Shown here: piece by piece, positions 16,464 to 25,796 of the stretch | Numbering within the stretch: position 1 is the first letter of the stretch | Layout: the number at the start of each line of letters is the position of its first letter | Origin: a virus | Lineage: Duplodnaviria > Caudoviricetes | DNA length: 29,723 bases | Strand: one strand, 5' to 3' | IMG/VR virus record: IMGVR_UViG_3300012953_000143 | Coordinates: 1 to 29,723 of that record | Program-made: the position numbers and the translations under genes | Notes under the pieces: model-generated | Seen by the model: the letters and a program-made list of their open reading frames with translations, nothing else | What the model was told of the DNA's origin: nothing | Database searches by the model: none

Positions 16464-19250
16464 ATGATAACTTTAAGTCCAATTCATAAAAATGTACGAA
16501 AGACATTAGATGATAGAAGTAGAGCACAAAAGAGAGACAACTTTGGAAGTGGGTTAGAACCTCAATCTGATAATATTAAGATTCTACAAGACACAACTAC
16601 AAAATCTATATGGATAAAAATGTATAGTTCGGTTATCACACCGAATAATATAGTAGGTGCAAAAATTTACGGTGGTGAAGTGTTTTCTGGTACTGGTGAA
16701 GGGGCCAACCCACGACAAGGTTTTGCTGAACTATATAGTGGAATGTCCGGTGGAGCATTAGATCCTATTTCTGAAAATACTTCAGATGAATTGATAAGAC
16801 CTTTAGCTGGTATAAATAGTATATCTTGTGCGTACGAGAGTAAACTGAAAGCAACCAGAGCTGCAACAATTAATTGGACTTGTTGGTCATTCGAAGATTT
16901 AGAAAGATTTACACCACATTTTATGGCACACGGAAAGGGTGTTTTATTAGAATGGGGATATGGTGATTTAGGTCAGAATATCGAAACTGTTTCCGACCAA
17001 GATATGATTGATGGAAAGGCTTACAACAAAGTAAATAATATGGTTATAGATAGTGGTGGTAAATACGATGGTATATGTGGTATTATTAGGAATTACGAAT
17101 GGAAGGTAAGAGATGATGGTGGTTTTGATGTGACCACCGAAATAGTATCACGAGGTGTTAATATTATGAACTCACAGATAGACCAAAGTGATGCACCTAT
17201 GGCAACATCAGTAGATGGTAGTAAAGAAGCAGAAGGTTGGCCAACATTAGAAGAGTTTTGTGCAGGATTAGAACAACATCTATTTTCATTAGCAACCACA
17301 GATTCAAGTTGGTGGGATTTTGAAAAATCATTACCACCTGGTAATTGGGATGATGAAAATTGGGAAAAGGGTAGTAAATTACCACCAGGTGTTTTGGTAT
17401 ATGCCACCGATGGTTTTTTTCAAGTTTCAAGAGAGGCAGGACCATATGTTACTTGGGGATTTTTCGAAGATAATATTCTCAACAAGTGGGTTGGAAGATT
17501 TAGTGCTGATGATTTTAGAATAACAAATCAATTCAGAAGTATTCAACCAAAAAATTTAGATGATTTTAATGGTAATACCGAAGGAATAGATTTTGAATCT
17601 GTACAGATAGCTAATCATCCACTATTATTCACTCCACATATGGATAGGTGGATACTACCAGGTCAGTTTCCCGCAGAACTGATACCACCAAACGGTAATC
17701 GTGCAAATGAAGAATTTGTACAAAGTATTGCACAATTAGTCAACAATGAAAAACATTTTCAACCTTTTGCGTCAAATGAAGATAAATCAAAGGGATATTT
17801 AAGAAATATTTTGATTTCTTTTAAGTTGATAAACGAGGCAGTTAGTGGTGTAAAAACTTTACAGGAAGCATTACAAAATTTATTTGATGCACTCAATTCT
17901 GATGTTGGTGGATTTTGGAATTTTACACCCACTACCGATAGTTACTTAAATGGTAATATGAAAGTAATAGATGATAAAACAGTAACAAAGTATCCATCAT
18001 ATTTTATTAAAGAATATACAGAAAAAAAATTAAAAAATCCTGATAGTGAATTGTTTATATTTGACTCTTGGGGAGAGGGTAGTGTTGTATACTCACAAGA
18101 AATGAGTGTAAAGTTACCAACTGCAATGGCTGTTACAGCTATGTACGCTGGTTCTTCACCACCAAATGCAACAGAAACAGAAGGTGATCAAGATTCTAAA
18201 ACCGTTGGAGAACTTCAAGGTGGAGAGGGATTAGATCAATCACAACCTAATATAATATCACCATCAAGAATTGGTGGTGATGTTGCTGATGCATATGGTA
18301 CACAGAATCCTTACATATTGGATAAAACAAAGAGTGATGCTGGTGCAATAGTACCTAAAAACTTTGGTCTTGGACACGGAGTACCATTTAAAAGTTTAGA
18401 TTATGAAATTATATTAGACAAGTATCTTGAAAAACAAAAGGATTCTAAAACTGTTCCACCAAAAAAACGAAAAGTGGAAAAACCCAAATCTATTACTGCT
18501 AGACAACCTGAAACTGTTATTAATTTTTTCAAGGTCGCAAATAAAAGTAAAAATGGTAAAAAAGGTACAATGGAAGATTGTTTTTATGATGAGCATGGTA
18601 ATATGATGGAAGATGGTAAGAGCAACCAACTATATAAAAGAGTTATGGTGAATGTACTTTCAAAAAATAAAAGTTTTGCAAAAGGAGCAAATGGTGAGTT
18701 TTTACCTGGTGTACCAAAAAAAGAAATGGAAGATCCAAATCCTGTTACAGCTCCACTACCAATAGAATTATCAATTGGTATCGATGGAGTAGGTGGTATT
18801 TTCCCTGGTAATGCATTTAATGTAAATTATATACAGGAAAGATATAAGGAATATTGTGTATTTGAGGCAATAGAGATTAACCAAGATGTATCACCTGATG
18901 GTTGGAAAACGGATATAAAAGGACAACTAAGAGTTGCACCTGATTTACTATACAAACGAGACAATGTAACCGAACTAAATGAAGTTTTAACTAAAGCAGA
19001 AGAAGAAGGTGTAGAGTCTTTTAGTAGAGAAGAATTTGTTGAAGCATTTAAGGAAAAACGACAAACCAATGAAACAGACTTTACTGATAGGGCTACCACT
19101 TTTAATGAGGCATTTGCACTTGCCCGTGATGAATTAGGACCTAATGCAGCCTTTACATGGAATGGTAAAAATTTTGTAACACGACTTGATAGTGAGGGTT
19201 ATGGTAATACTGCAAATTTAGATTCATCGGGAGATTATACTGATGCTTGA
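16464..19250 (+). CDS. Putative baseplate hub protein
   Basis: 928 aa after the LysM gene; RP.AGI.SI, ATINWTCW, VLLEWGY, YDG..G.I.NY.W....DGGFD.TT, and C-terminal LSI.IDG.GGI.PGN.F...W.T.I.G suggest a gp27/GpD-like hub. Confidence 0.65.
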   Translation: MITLSPIHKNVRKTLDDRSRAQKRDNFGSGLEPQSDNIKILQDTTTKSIWIKMYSSVITPNNIVGAKIYGGEVFSGTGEGANPRQGFAELYSGMSGGALDPISENTSDELIRPLAGINSISCAYESKLKATRAATINWTCWSFEDLERFTPHFMAHGKGVLLEWGYGDLGQNIETVSDQDMIDGKAYNKVNNMVIDSGGKYDGICGIIRNYEWKVRDDGGFDVTTEIVSRGVNIMNSQIDQSDAPMATSVDGSKEAEGWPTLEEFCAGLEQHLFSLATTDSSWWDFEKSLPPGNWDDENWEKGSKLPPGVLVYATDGFFQVSREAGPYVTWGFFEDNILNKWVGRFSADDFRITNQFRSIQPKNLDDFNGNTEGIDFESVQIANHPLLFTPHMDRWILPGQFPAELIPPNGNRANEEFVQSIAQLVNNEKHFQPFASNEDKSKGYLRNILISFKLINEAVSGVKTLQEALQNLFDALNSDVGGFWNFTPTTDSYLNGNMKVIDDKTVTKYPSYFIKEYTEKKLKNPDSELFIFDSWGEGSVVYSQEMSVKLPTAMAVTAMYAGSSPPNATETEGDQDSKTVGELQGGEGLDQSQPNIISPSRIGGDVADAYGTQNPYILDKTKSDAGAIVPKNFGLGHGVPFKSLDYEIILDKYLEKQKDSKTVPPKKRKVEKPKSITARQPETVINFFKVANKSKNGKKGTMEDCFYDEHGNMMEDGKSNQLYKRVMVNVLSKNKSFAKGANGEFLPGVPKKEMEDPNPVTAPLPIELSIGIDGVGGIFPGNAFNVNYIQERYKEYCVFEAIEINQDVSPDGWKTDIKGQLRVAPDLLYKRDNVTELNEVLTKAEEEGVESFSREEFVEAFKEKRQTNETDFTDRATTFNEAFALARDELGPNAAFTWNGKNFVTRLDSEGYGNTANLDSSGDYTDA

Positions 19251-19932
19251 TAAACTAAAACAATTAAAAGAAAATCTAAAAGGTGGTAAATCAGAAAAAA
19301 ATAAAAGTCCTAATGTAAGAGAGATTAATGATGAAAATTTTGTGGTTAGAAATACCAATGAATTTATATATTTAGATGGTAGTAAAGTAGGAGTGGGAAC
19401 ACGATATCACATACATATTAATAACATTAATAAAGAAGATGTAATAATGACGGGTGAATCTCATAATAAAAAATCAGAGAGAATATTACAACTTAATGGT
19501 AAAAAATATATGTTATCTCAATATATTTTATCAAAAGGAAAGGCACCAAAATATAAGGAATATTATACTCCCTACTCATACTCAGTATCTAAAAAACATA
19601 GAAAACTCGGATTTTCATATAGATATTTTGTAAAAGAATTATTTGGTGCTAGTTTAGATTTTGAGATTAATGATGTTACATACGGAGATGATAATCCTTT
19701 GTACGAAAGAATAAAAATAAAGTGGGACTTAGATACAAATATAAATGAGATGAGTAGAAAAAATATTGAATCTATGGAAACTCTTACCAGACGAGGATAT
19801 CAATCATCAGTAAAAACTTTAAATCCAACACAAGGATATTTGTTTGAATCACAAGTTGATAAGGAATTACAAACTCAAAAAAAGGTAGGTGATTTAAATA
19901 AAAAAATTGAACCCACAAATCAAGCTTATTAA
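19243..19932 (+). CDS. Hypothetical protein
   Basis: 229 aa, overlaps the upstream stop; GGAG upstream; no recognised motif. Confidence 0.75.
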   Translation: MLDKLKQLKENLKGGKSEKNKSPNVREINDENFVVRNTNEFIYLDGSKVGVGTRYHIHINNINKEDVIMTGESHNKKSERILQLNGKKYMLSQYILSKGKAPKYKEYYTPYSYSVSKKHRKLGFSYRYFVKELFGASLDFEINDVTYGDDNPLYERIKIKWDLDTNINEMSRKNIESMETLTRRGYQSSVKTLNPTQGYLFESQVDKELQTQKKVGDLNKKIEPTNQAY

Positions 19933-19983
19933 AAGTGTATTTGAGATTTTATCTCACTAATTATTTAAAATTAAGGTTATATT

Positions 19984-20685
19984 ATGAAAGTCGATGTATT
20001 AGATAAGGGTTATATTGAACTTGTCGATACACTTGGAGATGACTTAACGCCCGTTAATGCAGCTCGTGTATCTTTTGGTGGTCGTAGTGATGAATTCACC
20101 AGCAAGGACAAAAGACTATCAAGGTTTTTAATCAAACACAAACATTTTAGTCCGTTTCGACATCAACATATTATGGTGATTATTAAGGCACCTGAATTTG
20201 TAATGCGACAATGGTATAAGCATGTTGTGGGTATTGAAACCACATCATCAAGTGTAACAAAAGATCATGCTTGGAACGAGATAAGCGGTCGTTACATTCC
20301 TGTTCAAGAGTATTATCATCCTAATGTTTGGAGAAAACAGAGTGAGGATAATAAACAGGCAAGTGAAGGTGTGTTAGATGACTTACAACAAAAGAGAATG
20401 AATGCGTGTTACAATGATTATATGCAACAAGTCGAGATGACTTACGATAGAATGATTAATGCTGGAATGGCTAAAGAACAGGCCCGTATCGTACTCCCAC
20501 TTTCACAATACACATTAGTTTGGTGGACAGCGTCTTTCCAAAGTGTGATGAACTTCATCGAGTTAAGGGATGAACCAACTGCACAATGGGAGATACAAGA
20601 ATATGCAAAAGCACTCAAATTCATGATGTTAAAGTTTTTTCCTGAAACCACTAAATTATGGTCAAAAGAATATTGGGAAAAATAG
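19984..20685 (+). CDS. thyX: Flavin-dependent thymidylate synthase
   Basis: VLDKGYIELVD..GDD..VNAARVSF, H.SPF.H, AP.FV.RQW, WNE.SGRY, G.AKEQAR.VLP, NF..LR....AQWEI..YA. Confidence 0.95.
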   Translation: MKVDVLDKGYIELVDTLGDDLTPVNAARVSFGGRSDEFTSKDKRLSRFLIKHKHFSPFRHQHIMVIIKAPEFVMRQWYKHVVGIETTSSSVTKDHAWNEISGRYIPVQEYYHPNVWRKQSEDNKQASEGVLDDLQQKRMNACYNDYMQQVEMTYDRMINAGMAKEQARIVLPLSQYTLVWWTASFQSVMNFIELRDEPTAQWEIQEYAKALKFMMLKFFPETTKLWSKEYWEK

Positions 20686-20691
20686 GTTATA

Positions 20692-21960
20692 GTGATAATA
20701 GAAAGGGACAATCAGTTTGATGGTTTTATAGAAGAAAATCAAAATTCTGATTGTATTTTGATTCCGATTTTATCGGATGTAAAAAACCATGCTAAACAAA
20801 ACACATTAAGTGCCATTTATATAAAAATTATAGATGGTGTAGAAAGAATCGTGTGCTTAAATCATGGTGAAACCTTAAAGATGAATGTGGACATATCATC
20901 ACTTAATAAATTGGGTAAAAAGTATTGTTATGATAAAAAAGAGTTGAACCACATCATTAAGTTAGATGATGTTATTGATGTAAACTTACAATACTATATG
21001 AAAAACAATGAACCATTGATTTTAGAAGAATTATCCACACCAACTCACGATTACTTTTACAGAACGATGTGGAGAATAAAAAATATCAATAGAATAATAC
21101 CAATATGGAAACATATCGAATTATGTCGTGTGAAAACACAAGTAATGGAGAAGTATGTTGATTTACCAATTCATCAAGATTACAACGATGAGATTATAGA
21201 CAACTTGACTCATATAGAAGAAAATGGTTTGAGAAAGGACGATAAGTTAGTGTATTCTCAGTATAATTTGTACACAAGTACTGGTAGACCATCAAACAGA
21301 TTCGGTGGTATCAATTTTGCAGCACTTAATAAGACCGATGGTAGTAGGAAACCATTCAAAAGTAGATTTGAGGAAGGAATGTTAGTCGAGTATGACTTTG
21401 ATGCATATCACTTACGATTAATTGGAAATTTATTAAATTATAGTTTTCCTAAAGGTTCTGTACACGAGCATATGGGAGAATTTTACGGATGTGATTACCA
21501 AGAGTCCAAAAATCGGTCTTTTCAGTACCTTTATGGTCATATTCCACAAGAAGTGGTGGAAATCAATCCATTTTTTGAAAAAGTACAAGATTATATCAAT
21601 CAAATTTGGAAGGAATATAAACGAGGACATTTTATAGAGTCTGATATTTATATAAAGAAGATATTTAAACAAAATCTTTCGGCCATGAATAGAAATAAAC
21701 TATTTAACTATATGATTCAGTTGTTGGAAACCGAGAATAATATGAAGATACTGAATAACTTGATTCCGTTTATTAAGAATTATGAGAGTAAACTTGTATT
21801 GTATAGTTACGATAGTTTTTTATTTGATTTTAAGATATCCGATGGGTTGGATTTTTTGAAACAAGTAAAGGGTATATTAGAAGTAGATGGTTTGTTTCCC
21901 ACGAAAGTAGCAAAGGGATTGAACTATCATGAAATGAAAGATATAACGGAGAAATTATGA
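20692..21960 (+). CDS. Minimal family A DNA polymerase-like protein
   Basis: GTG start, 422 aa. TSTGRPSN (cf. TGRLSS), motif A DFDAYHLRL, motif B K...F..LYG, NYMIQ, motif C LYSYDSFLFD. Confidence 0.88.
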   Translation: MIIERDNQFDGFIEENQNSDCILIPILSDVKNHAKQNTLSAIYIKIIDGVERIVCLNHGETLKMNVDISSLNKLGKKYCYDKKELNHIIKLDDVIDVNLQYYMKNNEPLILEELSTPTHDYFYRTMWRIKNINRIIPIWKHIELCRVKTQVMEKYVDLPIHQDYNDEIIDNLTHIEENGLRKDDKLVYSQYNLYTSTGRPSNRFGGINFAALNKTDGSRKPFKSRFEEGMLVEYDFDAYHLRLIGNLLNYSFPKGSVHEHMGEFYGCDYQESKNRSFQYLYGHIPQEVVEINPFFEKVQDYINQIWKEYKRGHFIESDIYIKKIFKQNLSAMNRNKLFNYMIQLLETENNMKILNNLIPFIKNYESKLVLYSYDSFLFDFKISDGLDFLKQVKGILEVDGLFPTKVAKGLNYHEMKDITEKL

Positions 21961-24497
21961 GTTATTGGGACAAAATATTAGAGAGTTTTAGTTACAAATC
22001 CAAAGGTGGAGCTCCTGACTTTTCCAATCCTAACGATAGGTTATTATTAAGAATGGAACTTTTGAAAAGGGGTTGGAATGAAGGTGCGGTAAATGAGTTA
22101 ATGTATAGGTTAACCGAGAATACAAGTAAAGAACAAAATGATTATCTTAAATCATTTGGTGAGTTTCCTTGGGGTAAAGATGGAAACAAGATATTCTTAA
22201 CTACTGCACTAAACTACGCCAGTTCAAAAGACTTTCAATTACAACAATATAAACAAGTTGCTAACGAAAAGGCAAAACAATTTTTACAAAAACGAGCTGA
22301 TGTAGGTTCAGAATTGGCCAAGTCTATACTTCAGGTAGATGATCCGAAAAAGAAGGTCGTAAAAAAGAAAGTAAAAAAAGAAAAAGAAATAAAACCAAAA
22401 CCATTGAAGAAAAATGAGTTGAAAAATACTCAAGAAAAAACTTCTGATGATAGAGATAAGGGAACTGCGGGAGCAGGTGGTCAGGCAGCAAGTCAAGGTG
22501 AATCAAGGTATTGTTCAGCAGTTGATGAGATGAAATTAGAAGACGAGTTAAATGGTGTAAGTCAAGAAGAGGTAAATGCTAAAAAATCAAAAGGATTAAG
22601 TAAACCTGAAAAGGATACATTAAAATCTCTCGGTTTCGAAGAACCATATGATGATAACGCACACAAATATTTGATAGCTCGTGAAAAATGGGCGGAACGA
22701 GAATACGAAAGAATTAAAAATAAAAAACCTTATAAGATTCCAAATCCTTCCCCACCACCAAAGACAATTGGTAATAATGTATTGATGAATAGTGATGGAT
22801 TCAATGGTGATAAAAAAGGATACTTGGAATGGATGAGGGCAGCATTTGATGGAGCTATTGCAACCCAAGAACTACTAAAAGAAAGTAGTATGGATACCAC
22901 ACAAGGAACTCAGACTGTTCAATCCACCACCGAAGTAGATGATAAAGTTTTGGCTGATTTAATGCACAGGCGTGATAGCTATCCTGAAGGGTCTGTAGAA
23001 AGAAAACATTATGATAGACAGATAGCAAGGTTTTCAAAGAATAGAAAATATCATGATACATATGTGGTTGGTAAGGATGTAGATGGTCTTACAGTTGTGG
23101 TTTCGGTATCTAATAAAAAGGATAGTCAATTAAAAGACCCACAAAATAATACCACTCCTGCACAGAGATTTGAGGTCATCAAGGAAAAATTTGGAAGTAA
23201 AGTTGCCAAGGGAATTACCGATACCATCGATAGAGGAATAAAGATAGTAACGGAAGTACAAAAAGTTACTATTAAAAAGGCATCAGAACACGAAGTCGAT
23301 GATGATTTTGTCCATGTTGCAGACATTGTAGCACCTAAATATCTATATGGTAGTTCTTCTGAAATGGGTGTTGTAAAGAGAGGATTAAAACGAAGTAGAG
23401 GTAAGGAAAAGATTTTAGTTAAGGATAAGGATGGTAATTTAGTAGAGAAGAATAAGCCACATCCAGCTGCTCGATTTGGATGTTGGTTAGAGGACAAAGG
23501 TATAACACCTCAACAATGGGAATCCATGTCTACAAAAGACAAACTCAAATGGACTCAAAAATATATGGCAGACACGGATTATCATGAAAAGACAGGACCA
23601 CCACCATATGCTATAGCCAAGGTTTGGATAAAGGTTGGTGAAGCATCACAAGGTGGTAGAGGTATTGTTGGTATAAGGAGTGATTCTATGATGAAAACTT
23701 TGGAAAAGCATAATCCTAAGTTAAAGTCACAGGCCGATAAAAATTTAAAGGCCTTAGAAAAGAAGTTAAAACCAAAAAAACCAACACCTGCTCAGAAAGA
23801 GGCGACAATAAAAGAAGTTTATGACCAACATAAAGCCGCAGGTGGAAAAAAAGACCCACTCGACCAAGATGAACAATCATCATCCGTCAGTAGTGCTGGA
23901 GTAATAAAAACAACTGAGGCAGGTTCTATTAATAAGGCACATAGAGGTGTTAGAAATAAGATAGCATCAGAAGACCAAAAACTTGATTATCCCAAAAGAG
24001 ATAAGGAAGGAAAAATAATTGAAAACGGCCCAAATGCAAAGGCATACATAAATACGGTATTAGACGCACTACACTACAACTCTTATATAGATGCAGATGA
24101 TGACGAAGGAATGATTATACAGATGGGTTCAAGGTCGGCGAAACCAAGTCATATTAGAAAATGTTTGGCAGAAATGGTAGGTGAACCTGAGTTAGCTAAT
24201 AATCCTGAAGAACTTAAAAAGAGATTACAAAATACTTGTGAGTTAGGTGTTCGAGAAGAGGGAGCGGGTATTAATGGTGCAATAGTGATTGTCAATAGGA
24301 ATAAAGTATTAAAAGACAAGGATGGTAATCTTACATACGAAAAAAAGGTCATAGCAAATGACTCTTGGAGAACAGCAGGAACATCACAAAAGGTCGCCAG
24401 TGGACATGGTGATGATATGAGAGAATGTTTGAAAGAAAAGATTGACGCTGATGCAAAAGAACGAAAATCTAAGACAAAAAAATCTAAGGCGAACTAA
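21957..24497 (+). CDS. Large Lys-rich hypothetical protein
   Basis: 846-aa ORF, ATGA-coupled to the polymerase gene; GGAG RBS. Confidence 0.85.
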   Translation: MSYWDKILESFSYKSKGGAPDFSNPNDRLLLRMELLKRGWNEGAVNELMYRLTENTSKEQNDYLKSFGEFPWGKDGNKIFLTTALNYASSKDFQLQQYKQVANEKAKQFLQKRADVGSELAKSILQVDDPKKKVVKKKVKKEKEIKPKPLKKNELKNTQEKTSDDRDKGTAGAGGQAASQGESRYCSAVDEMKLEDELNGVSQEEVNAKKSKGLSKPEKDTLKSLGFEEPYDDNAHKYLIAREKWAEREYERIKNKKPYKIPNPSPPPKTIGNNVLMNSDGFNGDKKGYLEWMRAAFDGAIATQELLKESSMDTTQGTQTVQSTTEVDDKVLADLMHRRDSYPEGSVERKHYDRQIARFSKNRKYHDTYVVGKDVDGLTVVVSVSNKKDSQLKDPQNNTTPAQRFEVIKEKFGSKVAKGITDTIDRGIKIVTEVQKVTIKKASEHEVDDDFVHVADIVAPKYLYGSSSEMGVVKRGLKRSRGKEKILVKDKDGNLVEKNKPHPAARFGCWLEDKGITPQQWESMSTKDKLKWTQKYMADTDYHEKTGPPPYAIAKVWIKVGEASQGGRGIVGIRSDSMMKTLEKHNPKLKSQADKNLKALEKKLKPKKPTPAQKEATIKEVYDQHKAAGGKKDPLDQDEQSSSVSSAGVIKTTEAGSINKAHRGVRNKIASEDQKLDYPKRDKEGKIIENGPNAKAYINTVLDALHYNSYIDADDDEGMIIQMGSRSAKPSHIRKCLAEMVGEPELANNPEELKKRLQNTCELGVREEGAGINGAIVIVNRNKVLKDKDGNLTYEKKVIANDSWRTAGTSQKVASGHGDDMRECLKEKIDADAKERKSKTKKSKAN

Positions 24498-24916
24498 TGA
24501 GAACCCAACTTCTTTGTACATTTGCAACCCAAGACAGGTTAAAACAAACCGTTGATTTAATTATCGCCTGTCACGATGTGCTATATAGTAAAATATATGT
24601 ATTTGTAAATGAAAAGGATGTATCACAATTGATATGTACTTACAACATACCAAGTAATCAAGACAATTTTGTAGAAGGTATGGACACCATAGCACTACAT
24701 AGAAAAAAACAATCCAACACATTGTACACAATAAACGCACTCAATGAGGTTATTCGTTCAAAGAACAATGGTATATTAGATAAGAAGTTTCCAATTGAGT
24801 GGAGCGAGTTTCAAAACACATTATTGTTGGTAAATGATCAGGGATTGAATAAAATCCCAACACGGATTTACAAAATAGTAAATACCGAAACTTGGAGTAA
24901 TGAACAACACCAATAA
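24497..24916 (+). CDS. Hypothetical protein
   Basis: 139 aa, TAATG-coupled to the previous gene; globular composition. Confidence 0.8.
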   Translation: MRTQLLCTFATQDRLKQTVDLIIACHDVLYSKIYVFVNEKDVSQLICTYNIPSNQDNFVEGMDTIALHRKKQSNTLYTINALNEVIRSKNNGILDKKFPIEWSEFQNTLLLVNDQGLNKIPTRIYKIVNTETWSNEQHQ

Positions 24917-25756
24917 ATGAATTATAGGTTTTACTATCCTGACTGGAATAGTCGTAAGGATGTTTGTGAAAAACATCCATTAATAAAAGAAATCACAAAA
25001 CAACCGATATCCTTTTGGTATGGAGTTGGGCCCAAACGAACCATTAGAAAGACCAAAAAGTCAATCCAACGATTACTAAAACGGGCACATCCATACTTAC
25101 CAACATTAGTTATATATTCAATTCCAAATAGAGATTTAGGACACCATTCCAAAGGTGGTGCTAATAGTGATGATGAGTATCTAAGATTCATTCAAGAGTT
25201 CTGTAATGCAATTGGAGACAAATCACCTATCGTTATATACGAACCTGATTGTATACCACACATGGAACAGATGGGATTTATTGATGGATTGGATAGGATG
25301 AAACTCATTAAGGCTTCTGTGGAATTGTTGAGTAGGACAAATGCAAAAGTTTACTTGGATATTGGTCATCCAAAATGGCTTTCAGTCCCAAAGGCAGTTT
25401 CATATCTTACAATGTGTGATGTACACAAGGTTAGAGGTTTTGCACTCAACACGAGTAACTATTATGCTACAAGTACCTGCTACAAATACGGAAAGTCAAT
25501 CAGTCAAAGACTGAAGTCCAAACATTTCATCATAGACACTTCGAGAAATGGAAATGGTGCAAACAAAGACCATTTTAATCCCTATGGGAGAGCAATAGGT
25601 CAAACTCCAACCACCGATACTTGTGATGAAATAGTAGATGCATATTTATGGGTAAAAGTTCCTGGTGAAAGTGATGGTAGGGTTAATGGTGGCCCAAAGG
25701 CAGGTAGGTTCTCACATAATTTAGCGTTGGATTTAATTAATAATAAAAAAAGCTAA
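24917..25756 (+). CDS. Glycoside hydrolase family 6 (endoglucanase/cellulase-like)
   Basis: LVIYSIPNRD, VIYEPD, VYLDIGH..W, GFALNTSNY, FIIDTSRNGNG, NP.GRAIG..PT, DAYLWVK.PGESDG: the full ordered set of GH6 motifs. Confidence 0.93.
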   Translation: MNYRFYYPDWNSRKDVCEKHPLIKEITKQPISFWYGVGPKRTIRKTKKSIQRLLKRAHPYLPTLVIYSIPNRDLGHHSKGGANSDDEYLRFIQEFCNAIGDKSPIVIYEPDCIPHMEQMGFIDGLDRMKLIKASVELLSRTNAKVYLDIGHPKWLSVPKAVSYLTMCDVHKVRGFALNTSNYYATSTCYKYGKSISQRLKSKHFIIDTSRNGNGANKDHFNPYGRAIGQTPTTDTCDEIVDAYLWVKVPGESDGRVNGGPKAGRFSHNLALDLINNKKS

Positions 25757-25762
25757 AAAAAA

Positions 25763-25796
25763 CTATCGTTTGAGAATTTTGGTATATATATATAAT
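25763..25796 (+). promoter_or_regulatory. Putative promoter of the structured RNA
   Basis: CTATCGTTTGAGA identical to the sheath promoter, with ATATATAT at the same offset as that promoter's ATATTTAT, ending in TATAAT. Confidence 0.65.

Noticed and set aside
25783-25794. (TA)6 microsatellite as a phase-variable element
   Set aside because: Coincides with the promoter box; a single sequence gives no evidence of length variation.
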